Positions 10,057 to 21,343 of a stretch of DNA of 22,310 bases are shown in pieces. Origin of the DNA: Octopus sinensis (Eukaryota); NCBI RefSeq assembly GCF_006345805.1, contig NW_021836948.1, forward strand, positions 1-22,310, in the 5' to 3' direction. Positions within the stretch are counted from its first letter, which is position 1; each line of letters opens with the position of its first letter. Below the pieces are notes generated by a model. That model ran no database searches, had not been told where the DNA came from, and saw only the letters and a list, made by a program, of their open reading frames with translations. A program made the position numbers and the translations under genes.

Positions 10057-10696
10057 TGTTGACACATATAATAATAAACTTTTATGTCTAAAATCATATC
10101 AATCATCAACTTCTTGAAATACCATTTGAAGAACTGAGAAAAGATCGAAATCCTTCTCTGCAGTACATTTCTTGAACATCGACAGTAGCTAAAGTGAGCG
10201 TGGTTGAACAGAGATATTCTAATTATACGTCCGTAGATTAGCGATAAGAACCGATGTGGCTGCTCCCTTCCATCAGGGACAACTCTCTTGTCATATTTTT
10301 GTTTTATAATGTTATTGATATTTATCATCCAGTTATTAATGTGTCTTTATCGTTTGATTGATTTCACTCTTCTTACTCCGATATGAATCTCCTACCTTCC
10401 AGCACCATTCCTCCTGCGTTGTTTTCCATTGTATTTCGACATTGTACAGTCACCATCGTCTGCAGCCCTTGTGGCCAATAAAATACATCAGCGTCGTCGT
10501 CGTTGTTATTGTTGTTGTTATTACTACTACTATACTTATTGTAGTTAAGGTCAGCCTAATTGATTTTTGTATTTGTTCATCCACGCTTTATCACGATAAA
10601 CAGTCATGTTTTATTTATTTATGTTAGTTTTATATTCCATTTTATTTTTTAATCTTCATCCAAGAATGGATAAGTTGCAATTATTGAACACAACCA

Positions 10697-10746
10697 TATT
10701 ATTATTATTATTGTTGTTGTTATTATTATTATTATTGTTATTGTTG

Positions 10747-10791
<45 letters not shown>

Positions 10792-10849
10792 CTATTATTA
10801 TTATTTTGAATTTTTATCATTATCATCATCATCATCATTACTATTATCC

Positions 10850-10880
<31 letters not shown>

Positions 10881-10885
10881 TATTA

Positions 10886-10937
<52 letters not shown>

Positions 10938-10940
10938 CAT
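10697..10940. repeat. (ATT)n/(GTT)n/(ATC)n trinucleotide block
   Basis: Direct reading. Confidence 0.97.
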
Positions 10941-11199
10941 AGTTATTTTGCTTCTGAACGATATAAAATGAAAATAACAATTGCATCGATGGATAATGAT
11001 CGAGTTAGACAATAAATAAATAAATAAATAAATAAATAAAAGCAACGACATAAACCAACCAAAAAAAAAGACATAGTTGTCAATGAAATCAACAAATATG
11101 GCTGAAGAAAGAAAATGTGAACAAAGTAAAAGAATCCAATGTAAGAAAAGAAGAGACTGAAATAAAATAAAATAAAATAAAATAAAAGGAACACTTAAT

Positions 11200-12050
11200 A
11201 TATTCTCTCTCCCATCTTACTTTTCCCTTAATCTCGCTCTCTTTTTTTCTGTTTATCGCAGTCTCTCCACTTTTCTTCCTTTCCCTCTCTCTCTCTCTCT
11301 CTCTTTCTTTCTCTCTCCCTTTCTTTCCCTCTCTCTCTTTCTTTCTCTCTCCCTTTCTCTCTCTACCCACTATTTTATGCTGCTTATTTTCTCTCCCTTT
11401 TTCTTATATCATTTTCTTTTCTTCTCTCCCCGTCTGTCTCTGTCTCTCTCCAACTCTCTTTTCTCCCCTTTCTCTCTCCTTTATTCTCTCTACCCCTCTT
11501 TTACTCTCTTTTATATTTTCCTCTCTTTCTCTTAATCTTTCTTTCTCTTATATTTTTGCGTTTTACTATCTATTTTTCTCTCTTATATTTTCCACCTCCT
11601 ACCCTTTCTCTCTTTCTTTCATTCTTTCTCTCTCCCTCCCTTCCTTATATTTTCCACTTTTTACACTTTCTCTTCTCATTATCTCTCTCTGCTCTCGCTC
11701 TCTCTTTTTCATTCTCTCTCTCTCTCATTCTTTCTCCCTCTCCCACTCATTCTCACTCTCACGCTTTCCCTCTCCTTTTCTCTCCCCTCTCTCTCTCTCT
11801 CTTGTACATTTTCTTATTACGTCTTCTCTATTTCTCTATTTTCAACGTCTTAGTCGATCTAACATTGGCATTTGCTACCTCTTATTTTCTATCTATTTTT
11901 GTTTTAACCTCTACCTCTCCGTTTCCTTCTATTTTTCTATCTTCTCTCCCCTTTGCTCTCCCTCTCTCTCCCCTTCCCTTTCCCACTCTTTCGCCTTCTC
12001 TTTCCCCTTCACTCTTTCCCTCTCTCTTCTTCTCTCTATCTCTATCCCAC
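11200..12050. repeat. ~850-bp polypyrimidine (CT-rich) low-complexity tract
   Basis: Plus strand is almost exclusively C/T. Confidence 0.93.
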
Positions 12051-12599
12051 TGATCATCTAACTTTCTTTCCTGACGGCTTCTCACTGACTTTAGTTTCAT
12101 ACATTAGCCTCTATTCTCAAACATTGTCTTTCATTATCATTTGTGTTTTACTAATAAGAAAGAAAGAGAGAAAGAAAGAAAGGATTAATGAAATAAAGAC
12201 GGGAAGCAAAAGGAAAAAGATTAATAATTATTTAAAAGCGAAAAAGAATAAGAGATAGAGAAAAGAAAAGATTACAAGAAAAAACTGGGGCAGCAATAAA
12301 TAAATAAATAACACAATGAAGACTATAGAAAGAATGAAAAAGGCCGAATAAGAAAATATAATGTAAAATAAAGAAGTCGTAAAATTTGTAAAGATAATGA
12401 ATAAACTATAGAAACTTTTAAAAAATGACATAGAAAATGAAAGTGAAAGTAGAGATGAAACGTGAAAGGCGGGAAAAAAGAGTTTGTTTAGATAAATATG
12501 GTGACGTAGAAAGTGAGAGGGGAGAAGGCGGGAGAGAGAATGAGAGTGGTGGGGAAAGATGATTGTATAATAAGATGCTGGTAAACAATAGGAGCTGAA

Positions 12600-12985
12600 A
12601 TGTAATAGTGATAGTTGTGGTTGTAGTGGTGGTGGAGACTGGGTGTTGATTTTCGCGGCGGCCTTCGTGTTGGTTATAGCGAGGGTGATGGTAGTGATCA
12701 TGAAGGTCGTATTGTTTTTGTCGTTGGTGGCGGTGGTGGTGGTGTTCGTAGTGGTTGTGGTGGTGGTGGTGGATGACAACGATGGTGGCTGTGGTGAAGG
12801 ATATCATCGTTTATCTTCTTGTTGTTGATGTTTTTAATGTTGTTGTTGTTGTTGGTGGTGGTGGTTGGTGGTGGTGGTGGTGGGGTGGCGTTGTAGTGGT
12901 GACGGTGGTGAATCTGTCAGGAACGTGTATGATGGTAGTCTCAGCTGCGCTAGTGTTTGTAGTAATAATGTGGCGATGGTTGTAG
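12600..12985. repeat. Degenerate (GGT/GTT)n low-complexity tract
   Basis: Direct reading; ORFs give poly-V/W/T/H runs. Confidence 0.85.
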
Positions 12986-13042
12986 TAGAAACTAGCATAA
13001 TAACACTTGCGATGATCTAAATAGTGATGGTGATACTTTTTC

Positions 13043-13215
13043 CTGTTGGTGTGTTTACGTTCCCGTAACTCACCTCTTCGACAAGAACCTATGATAAAAT
13101 AAGTACTCTGTTAAAAAAAAAGAACAAATTAGTTCTGAGCTCAATTCATTTGACTAAAAATTTCCTCAAATTTCCTAGCATGGCCACAGTCCAATGACTG
13201 AAACAAGTAAAATAT
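13043..13215 (+). mobile_element. Family A SINE 3' fragment
   Basis: GTTGGTGTGTTTACGTTCCCGTAACT...AGCATGGCCACAGTCCAATGACTGAAACAAGTAAAA. Confidence 0.8.
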
Positions 13216-13291
13216 ATATCATTTCTATTCTTCTTAAACTGTCGTATGTCCAAATTTGGCCGAATGTGTTTTATTCAATAATTTTTTTAAT

Positions 13292-13707
13292 GGCGGTGAG
13301 CTGGCAGAATCGTTAGCACGCTGGGCGAAATGCTTAGCGGTATTTCGGCTGCCGTAACGTTCTGAGTTCAAATTCCGCCGAGGTTGACTTTGCCTTTCAT
13401 CCTTTCGGGGTCGATTAAATAAGTACCAGTTACGCACTAAGGTCGATATAATCGACTTAATCTGTTTGTCTGTCCTTGTTTGTCCTTTCTGTGTTTAGCC
13501 ACTTGTGGGTAGTAAAGAAATAGGTATTTCGTCTGCCGTTACGTACTGCATTCAAATTCCGCCGAGGTCGACTTTGCCTTTCATCATTTCGGGGTTGATT
13601 AAATAAGTACCAGTTAGGCACTGGGGTCAATGTAATCGACTTAATACCTTTGTATGTCCGTGTTTGTCCACTCTATGTTTAGCTCCATGTGGGCAATAAA
13701 GAAATAA
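13292..13707 (+). mobile_element. Dimeric tRNA-derived SINE (family D): full unit plus 5'-truncated unit from ~13522
   Basis: GGCGGTGAGCTGGCAGAATCGTTAG (A box), GAGTTCAAATTCC (B box), central GCCTTTCATCCTTTCGGGGTCGATTAAATAAGTACCAG present twice; both units end TAAAGAAATA. Confidence 0.88.
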
Positions 13708-13899
13708 ATATTTATTTTTGCCTGCAATAGCCAGTTCTTTTGGTCAAACTATCGTATTTCCAGCTGCTTCAGATGCCAAGATATCAAAAATTGTCAAAGT
13801 GAAGTACAACGGTTTTGCTATGGAATGGTGAAACTATTTTTTCGTTTTCCGAAAATGAAACGTTTTGGACTTACGACACTCTTGCATAAATGCAACGAA

Positions 13900-13900
<1 letters not shown>

Positions 13901-13957
<57 letters not shown>

Positions 13958-13992
13958 ATGTGTGTGCGTGTGTGAGTGTGTGTGAGTGTGTG
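13901..13992. repeat. (TG)n microsatellite
   Basis: Direct reading. Confidence 0.97.
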
Positions 13993-14539
13993 TACATATT
14001 CACACACACATACATATTTCCAAATATGTTATACATAGCCTATTCTTACACATTTTCTGTCTTTCTTCCTTCCTTTCCTTCTTTCCTTTTCTTTCGTCTT
14101 TTCGTTCATATACCTCTCTATTCTTTCACTCTTACAGTCTCCCCTTCTTTAAAATAAAATTTCACTTCACTACATTTATTTATCTATTTATTTATGTATC
14201 TCACACCCTCACATAGTCTGCATAACGTCGCCTCAGTTCAGTGGTTTTTATTGATGTGTGACCACTAAAACGTTGATGAGCATTGATTTTGCTATTACTT
14301 GGAACGCCACAGACGAATGGCCACAGCGGCTTAGACGTAGATTCCAAGTACTGTCTTATGTTTCTTCCGCTTGCGAAGAATGAAAAGTACGCCATCGTTT
14401 ATTGTGAGTTGCCACCATTAATAAGAGACTGATGCAAATAACTTAGCCGTTCTCTTTAATAAACGAAAGAAAATAACTTATACCTGAGAAGCTAAATATT
14501 ATTTGTTTATTCATCAATTATGATTATATCTGTATATAA

Positions 14540-14790
14540 TTTTAATCTTTAATCTTTTACGTGTTTTAGTCACTGGACTTCAGCCATGCTGAGGCAGCGC
14601 CCTTGAAAGATTTTAGTCGAACAGATCGACTGTATAACGCTTTGTAAGCCTATTACGTGTTATATCGGATTCATTTTGTCGAACTGCAACTTAAAGAGAA
14701 CATAAGCAAACCAACACCTGTTGTCAGGCGGTGGGGAGACAAAGACACACACACACAAGGTGTCACACAGTGGGACTGAGCTCTGAAGCA
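14540..14790 (-). mobile_element. Old family A SINE with internal deletion
   Basis: Degenerate colinear match; (CA)n joined directly to CAAGGTGTCACACAGTGGGACTGA. Confidence 0.7.
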
Positions 14791-14946
14791 TATGTATATG
14801 TATATACATATATATATGTATATATATATATATATAATATATATATATATAAAGAAAGATAAATATGTCTACACACGTATATATGTAGATATATATACTA
14901 TATATATATATGTATGGTATATTCATATGTGTGTTTGTGCGTGTGT

Positions 14947-14985
<39 letters not shown>

Positions 14986-15030
14986 CATCTATATACAAAT
15001 ATTTATATATACATATAAATGTGTGTGTGT
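14791..15030. repeat. (TA)n/(TG)n compound microsatellite
   Basis: Direct reading. Confidence 0.93.
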
Positions 15031-15214
15031 TTGTCCCTGAGAAGCTAGGATTTCCGGATGAACCTGCTGCAAGGCAAGAAACTGATGAGGGCAGGAACGT
15101 CAAATGCCATCATCCACCAAATGTCAGATGGGTTTAGTGAAAGTGTAGCGGGGATGAAGGCGGAGCCCCAGCATGGCCGCAATCCTCAGACTGAAACGAG
15201 AGAGAAAAAAAAAG
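15031..15214 (+). mobile_element. SINE 3' part with a different body but the family A tail
   Basis: Ends AAGGCGGAGCCCCAGCATGGCCGCAATCCTCAGACTGAAACGAG-A-rich. Confidence 0.6.
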
Positions 15215-15266
15215 TTATTTGTAAAATGAGATATCAGTGTTATTTTCATTTTTGCGTAATTTAGAC

Positions 15267-15555
15267 CGGTGCTTCACAAACCGGCAGTTTTTCTTTCCAA
15301 TGAGCCGGGGACCGGCAGTATTTCTCAGTAATATAAATTTATGCCGGAAACAATATATATATAATGAATATTATAAAAGTTGACAATTTTTTTTTTTTTT
15401 TCATATTTATTTTGTAAGCAAATACTACAAAATTACATAAGCATTTTATAAGCATTTTATGATGTTTCTGTCTTTTCTGGAAACTCGCCATGTACTGGCA
15501 GCTGATGGCTCGTGGACTGGCACCGGTCCGCGGACCACCACTTTGAGTAGCACTG
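15267..15555. mobile_element. hAT (Charlie-type) MITE, 289 bp
   Basis: Imperfect 14-bp TIRs CGGTGCTTCACAAA / TTTGAGTAGCACTG. 8-bp TSD ATTTAGAC (15259-66) / ATTTAGAG (15556-63), close to the Charlie NTCTAGAN preference. Subterminal ACCGGCAG motifs. Confidence 0.85.
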
Positions 15556-15590
15556 ATTTAGAGACGACGATATATTCACCGCACCCTGTA

Positions 15591-15995
15591 TACTCTTTTG
15601 CTTGTTTCAGTCATTTGACTGCGACCATGCTGGAGCACCGCCTTTTAGTCGAGCAAATCGACCCCAGGACTTATTCTTTGTTAGCCTAGTACTTATTCTA
15701 TCGGTCTCTTATGCCGAACCGCTAGGTTACGGGGACGTAAACACACCAGCATCGGTTGTCAAGCGATGTTGGGGGGGGGGGCAGACAAACACAGACACAC
15801 AAACACATACACACACATACACATATAAGTATACGACGGGCTTCTTCCAGTTTCCGTCTACCAAATTGACTCACAAGGCTTTGGTCAGACCGAGGCTATA
15901 ATAGAAGACACTTGCCCAAGGTACCACGCAGTGGGACTGAACCCGGAACCATGTGGTTGGTAAGCAGGCTACTTACCACACAGCCAATCCTGCGC
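15591..15995 (-). mobile_element. Full-length family A SINE
   Basis: Head GCGCAGGATTGGCTGTGTGGTAAG...GGGTTCAGTCCC, CORE-like CCTTGGGCAAGTGTCTT, tail GACTGAAACAAGCAAAAGAGTA. Confidence 0.95.
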
Positions 15996-16406
15996 TTCTT
16001 TTATTCTTTTATTTCTTTCAGTCATTTGACTACACCCATACTTGAGTACCGCCTTTAGTCGTGCAAATCGACCCCAGGACTTATTCTTTGTAAGCCTAGT
16101 ACTTATTCTATGAGGCTCTTTTGCCGAACCGCTACGTTACGGGGACGTAAACACGCCAACATCGGTTGTCAAGAAATGTTGGAGGACAAACACAGATACA
16201 GAAACATACGCACAAACGCACACACACACACACACATACATACAACGGGTTTCTTTCAGTTTCCGTCTACCAAATCCACTCACAAAGCTTTGATCGGCCC
16301 GTGGCTATAGTAGAAGACACTTGCCCAAGGTGCCACGCAGTGGAACTGAACCCGAAACCATGTAGTTGGTAAGCAAGCTACTTACCACACAGCTACTCCT
16401 GCGCCT
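15996..16406 (-). mobile_element. Full-length family A SINE, tandem to the previous copy
   Basis: Colinear with 15591-15995. Confidence 0.95.
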
Positions 16407-16629
16407 ATATGTATACATCTTTCAACTTTTAATTGTTTAAGTCATTAGACAGCTGGGACACTGACTTGGGGAATTTTAGTCAAATGAATCGACCCTATGA
16501 CTTATTCTTTATAAGCCCAGTACGTATTCTATCGGTCTGTTTTGTCGAACTGCTAAGTTACGGGCACGTAAACACACCAGCAACGGTTGTCAAGCGATAG
16601 TGGGGCATAGATACAAACACAGACATATA

Positions 16630-17458
16630 TTCTTGGCCTGATCAATAAGTAATGAAGCTAAAGTAATACCACAGTAATGAAGCTAAAGCATGTTGAGTAA
16701 AGCTGCTCGGCTCAGAATGACCTTGAACTTTGCTGTGCATGCGCACTAAGTTTTAACGTTGTAGCTCTCTTCCACTATTTACGGCAGTGCTTGAAAGGAA
16801 GGTGTGTAGCATGCGATCGTCACATTGAACATCACAGAAAGTTGAGCAGAGAATCTGCGCCAAATTTTGCCAAAAGATTAGCGATACCTGCTCAGAGGTT
16901 TTCCTCGTTCTCAATACGATCAAGTAGATCTTGTGCAGCTGAAACCCAAGTGCTTTTTTGGTCGGCTGAAAGCAGTTTTTGTATAAACTTGGCAGACACC
17001 AATCTCATACCCAAACCTTCAGGGATAATGGACTGAACACAATCGTAACTAATCTGCACATCCTCTGGTAACTCACTGATAGTGATTCGGCGATTTCCCC
17101 CTCACAGCTGCACGCACATCTGCGATTTTCTGCTACTTCTGGGTCACCCAGAACATTCGTCAATATCGAAATCTTTCGGCAATCTTGGAAAGGTCTGAAC
17201 CACACGCACATTTGTGTGTGGCTCATACATTTCTCTCCATACACGTTTTTCAACTTTACGCTCGCCTCTGAGCAGGAATCACCATGCGACGATCTCACAC
17301 GCTACACACTTTCATTCCAGCGGAAGTGAGCTAGAACGTTAAAACTTAAAGCGCCTGCACAGCAGTGTTCAAGATCAGTCTTTGCCAAGCGGTTCTACTC
17401 TGCGTGATTTAGCTTCGTTACTATGGCAACAGTTCAGATAAGTATCGATCAGATCTCA
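16630..17458. mobile_element. Mariner deletion derivative made of two inverted left ends
   Basis: Plus arm (16630-16898) encodes VEQRICAKFCQK. Minus arm (17458-16897) encodes KLKNVYGEKCMSHTQMCVWFRPF...NRRITISEL...LGMRLVSAKFIQKLLSADQK (mariner HTH and linker). TA flanks; no DD34D domain. Confidence 0.85.
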
Positions 17459-17625
17459 TATATACATGGATATATTTATATATATGACAGGCTTCTTTCA
17501 GTTTCCGTCTACCAAATCCACTCACAAGTTTCTGGTCGACCCGAGGTTATAGTAAAAGACACTTGCCCAAGTTGCCTTGCAGTGGGACTGAATCCGGAAA
17601 CATGTGGTTGGGAAGCTAGCTTCTT

Positions 17626-18746
17626 TATTTCATTATATTAGCCATAAAAGCCTTACATAGAGATAGGAAGCTGCAGGCTGGGCACAGACATAATGTTATA
17701 TGAAATGAAAAAGGAAAATGATGATTAATGGGGGAAAAAGCGACGCCCGCCGATTGTTTTTCCCGAGAACATTGATCTCTTATATTATTCATGAGGCAAC
17801 CAACCTCTTATATTGTTCACAATTCAATGACAAAATGAGGCACTAAGCCTCTTACCTTTTTTCCAAACTAGGAACTTTCAATAACACTGAGGCTTTTCAA
17901 CCTCTTATCCATATTCCTTCCCAACATTGCTTGTGACTCAATCCTCCGCCATCACCCACGCCTCATTCAAGCACAAGGCGGATGCTGTGTCGGCGTCGCC
18001 CGGCCACAGCGATATTCCTTGTTTAGCACCTGCAGCGTACGCAACACGGACAACGTTATGACCTCCACAGCTATCTGCGGAGGCCATTTGGGATCCCGTG
18101 TGCAGGCTAAAGGTGCTCCCTTATGGTGCTTTTACAACACCTTCTCCACCTATCCGCCTCTGTAGAAGAAGATCAATAATTCGTCTTCCTCCTTGGACGA
18201 GTAGTCACTTCTACTGTCGGCGGCACAATTCCCACCGACAGTATCTCTTCCCCTTCCAGTGGCACAACCACCACCGACGAGGTTCCAGGACATTCCAGTA
18301 CTATGTCACTGACTGCCGGCAATGTCCCGTTTCTCTTCCTCTTCCTCTTTTCTTTTTCTTCTCACCTGAGGGAGGATGCGTCTCCTCCGTGACCGGGAGA
18401 TTCGTCTCCCCACCCTCATCCCTAGGATCCTTCAGTGAGCATCCATTGTTGCTCACTGTCTTCCTCTTGCGGCCCTTCTTTGAGGAGTCCTCCGCCTCCT
18501 CGGCCGCCTTCGTCTCTCTTCTACAGAGGTCACAACCCATTGCTCCAGGACCTTACTCTGTTCCTGGAGACAGTTTTTATTTATATGGCCAGGCTCCAGG
18601 CACCGATGACACCTGGTGGGGGGGGGCACCCTCAAGAATCACCGGGTGCCTGCACCCAGCCATTTTCAAAAAATTCTGGAAAAACCAGATTGGCTGATTG
18701 GGTCCACAGGGTCAAAACGGATTTTGACCCAACCCAATCAACTGCA
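17626..18746 (-). mobile_element. ORF1-only L1/Tx1-like (HAL1-type) retroelement, copy 2
   Basis: DWVGSKSVLTLW...FPE/LKMAGCRHPVILEG/PPTR-CHRCLEPGHINKNC (knuckle 18611-18570). Linker, C-terminal domain and 3' UTR are homologous to copy 1; AATAAA at 17629-17624. Confidence 0.82.
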
Positions 18747-19804
18747 GGAAAAACTTTCTTACCATACAGCCACGCCAGCGCCAATGGCTGTTTAAGATTT
18801 TTCCTATTACTGTTTGCTATTTCTGTTGCAAAATTGTGTTTACAGCAGAAGATAAAATTAACCGTATTTCTATTAACATTGTTAATAAAATTTATGATTC
18901 TTCGGGAGTGTTTAGTTAGTAAGTAAAAGAAACGTCTGGCGATATGTCTGCATACACTGAGACTGGATGAATCAAGTGATTTTAAGCTTTCTATTTTTAC
19001 ATGAGTAAATATATATTCAAACCTGTTTTGTTATTTCTATAATGGATACAACTAGGTATGTCTTTAAACTCATCGTTTCATGAAAATAAATGATTACTTA
19101 GTTTACGAAAGATTTATTGGATATAATACTGAATAACCGTATACTAATGTTGTTACTAAATTATGATGGAGGGTTGATTTTGGTCTATATTTATGTATTT
19201 TAGCTTCCAATTTTTGTTCCTTGAAAGGTGAATATATTTACTTGATCTTATATACAACTAAGGTTATATATTAAAAGTTATGTAAATTTGTTTCAATCGG
19301 AATGTGTCGGTCTGTCTTAAAATAATTCAAAGATCTCTTTTTTTATAACTGTCTAATTTTGTTTGGTATTAATATTCCCTGTAGTGATTAGCCGATCATC
19401 TCTGTATATTCATAGACAAACATTTTAAACTGTTGACCTTATTCTTTAGCAAATATATAAACATAAAGGCAAATTTAGCAGAATCTAGACATTATTGCAT
19501 CGATAAAAATAACACGATTTTTCTTACCCATAATATGTTACCGAGAGCAGATATATCGATCTTCTTAGATCTGTGATTATTTTGAATCCAAATCGTTAAT
19601 CGAAATATATGTTTTGGTGAAACCCCATTTATTGATGATATGAAATTGGGAAAATTTCTACAAAGCAGGTTTGAAAATATATTTCGCCATATATGGAAAT
19701 ATAGAGAATTTATGATCATTATGTCCAGTGCACCATTCGGTTTTATTGCATATGGATATATTGATGTACATTTCTTTTACTAATTAATATCACCGATCTA
19801 ATTA

Positions 19805-20490
19805 AGGCAGATTATAGCACCCTGGGAAAAATGCTTATCAGCATTCCGTCCGTCTTTACGTTCTGAGTTCAAACTCCACCAAGGTCGACTTTGCTTTTCG
19901 TCCTTTCGGAGGTCGATAAAGTAAGTACCAGTTAGAAAGTAGGGTCGATTTAATCGACTTATCCACTCTCCTGAAATTGTTAGCCTTATGTCAAAATTTG
20001 AAATCAGAATTATTGAACTAATTAATTATAGATTTATTGCTATTCCATAAAGGTAAATTACATGATAATTCCAAGGTTGTCTTGTCTGAAATACTTTTAC
20101 TTAGTACAACTAGTTTCCTCTTAGCTGCGTTATTATTAATCAACAAAGCTAAGGCGACGAGCTGACTGAATTGTTAATGAGTCGGAAAAAAGCTTAGCGG
20201 CATTTCATCCATCTTAACCTTTTTGAGTTCAAATTCCACCGTGGTCAACTTCGCCTTTCAATTGGGGTCGATATAATCAATGAGCCCCACACCACAAAAT
20301 TTAATACCAGCGAGCGGGGAGAACAGTTAGCAAGTCGGAGAAAATGCTTTATGGAATTTTATCCCCACGACGAGGTCGACTCTGCCTTTCATCCTTTTAA
20401 GGGTCGATAAAATATTTACAAAACACTGGGGTTGATCTAATCAACTCACCTTCCCAAATATTACTGGCCTTGAGCTAAAATTTGAAACCA
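19805..20490 (+). mobile_element. Cluster of three degenerate family D SINE copies (~19805-20005, ~20152-20300, ~20320-20490)
   Basis: Repeated GAGTTCAAAYTCCACC...GTCGACTYTGCYTTTCRTCCTTT...GGTCGATAAA motifs. Confidence 0.75.
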
Positions 20491-20828
20491 TAGTTAATCT
20501 ACAAACGGAGTGTTGCTAAAATCTCGTTTGTGGTCCTTAAATATACTGTAAGTTAAACATTCAGCTCTGACATTTTTATTTAACCCTACGGCTATTTCCT
20601 TAACTTCTAAATTAAAGGAATTAAGTGTGTTGTGGGAAATACTTTAAGTGTTAAATATATCATTTGATAAGGTTACTATTAATTCCATATAACTTTTTCT
20701 TTTGCTTAAGTGGACAAAAATATTCTTTGAATGGTGAAACGCTATTAAATACTTCAAGTTACTTTGAAATTTATTGGTTTATTCTTTCTACGTTTCACTT
20801 TTCTTACTATGCTGGACATCTCTGTTCA

Positions 20829-20829
20829 T

Positions 20830-20908
<79 letters not shown>

Positions 20909-21049
20909 CACGCATATATTAATATATGCATATATATATTTAAACGTACATATATATACGCATATATATATACATAAATATATGAATACATATATACATA
21001 TTTACACACACCACATACACATACACATACATGCATATGTCTGTATGTC

Positions 21050-21081
<32 letters not shown>

Positions 21082-21286
21082 TGTATGTATGTATGTATGT
21101 ATATATTATGTATGTATGCATGGCAAATATAAAGAAATTCTTTTGGTGTTGATGGTGAGGCAAACCATCTTAGTAATAATTTCGACAGAAATGAATTGAA
21201 TTCATGTTTAAAGCAGTAAGATAATGCAATATAACGGTAGCTAAGACAAATGGACCTTAGAAAATAAAATTATATCATTTATATAC

Positions 21287-21343
<57 letters not shown>

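Larger units (their letters stand above)
16418..18782 (-). mobile_element. Family A SINE split into three pieces (16418-16628, 17459-17625, 18761-18782) by two nested insertions
   Basis: The pieces join to give one complete SINE; the head remnant ACCATACAGCCACGCCAGCGCC is at 18761-18782. Confidence 0.85.

Noticed and set aside
11556-12985. Hydrophobic or His/Thr-rich ORFs as membrane or His-rich proteins
   Set aside because: Arise from CT-rich and (GGT)n low-complexity DNA.
14274-14432. TGATGA...CTGA as a C/D snoRNA; 9-bp inverted repeat TACTTGGAA/TTCCAAGTA
   Set aside because: No terminal stem or recognisable guide; compatible with chance.
15082-15112. CTGATGA followed by a GGCA/TGCC stem as a hammerhead
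   Set aside because: No GAAA or stem III after the stem.
18098-18926. Plus-strand ORFs of 199 and 163 aa (also 8087-8383)
   Set aside because: Antisense shadows of the minus-strand ORF1 relic.
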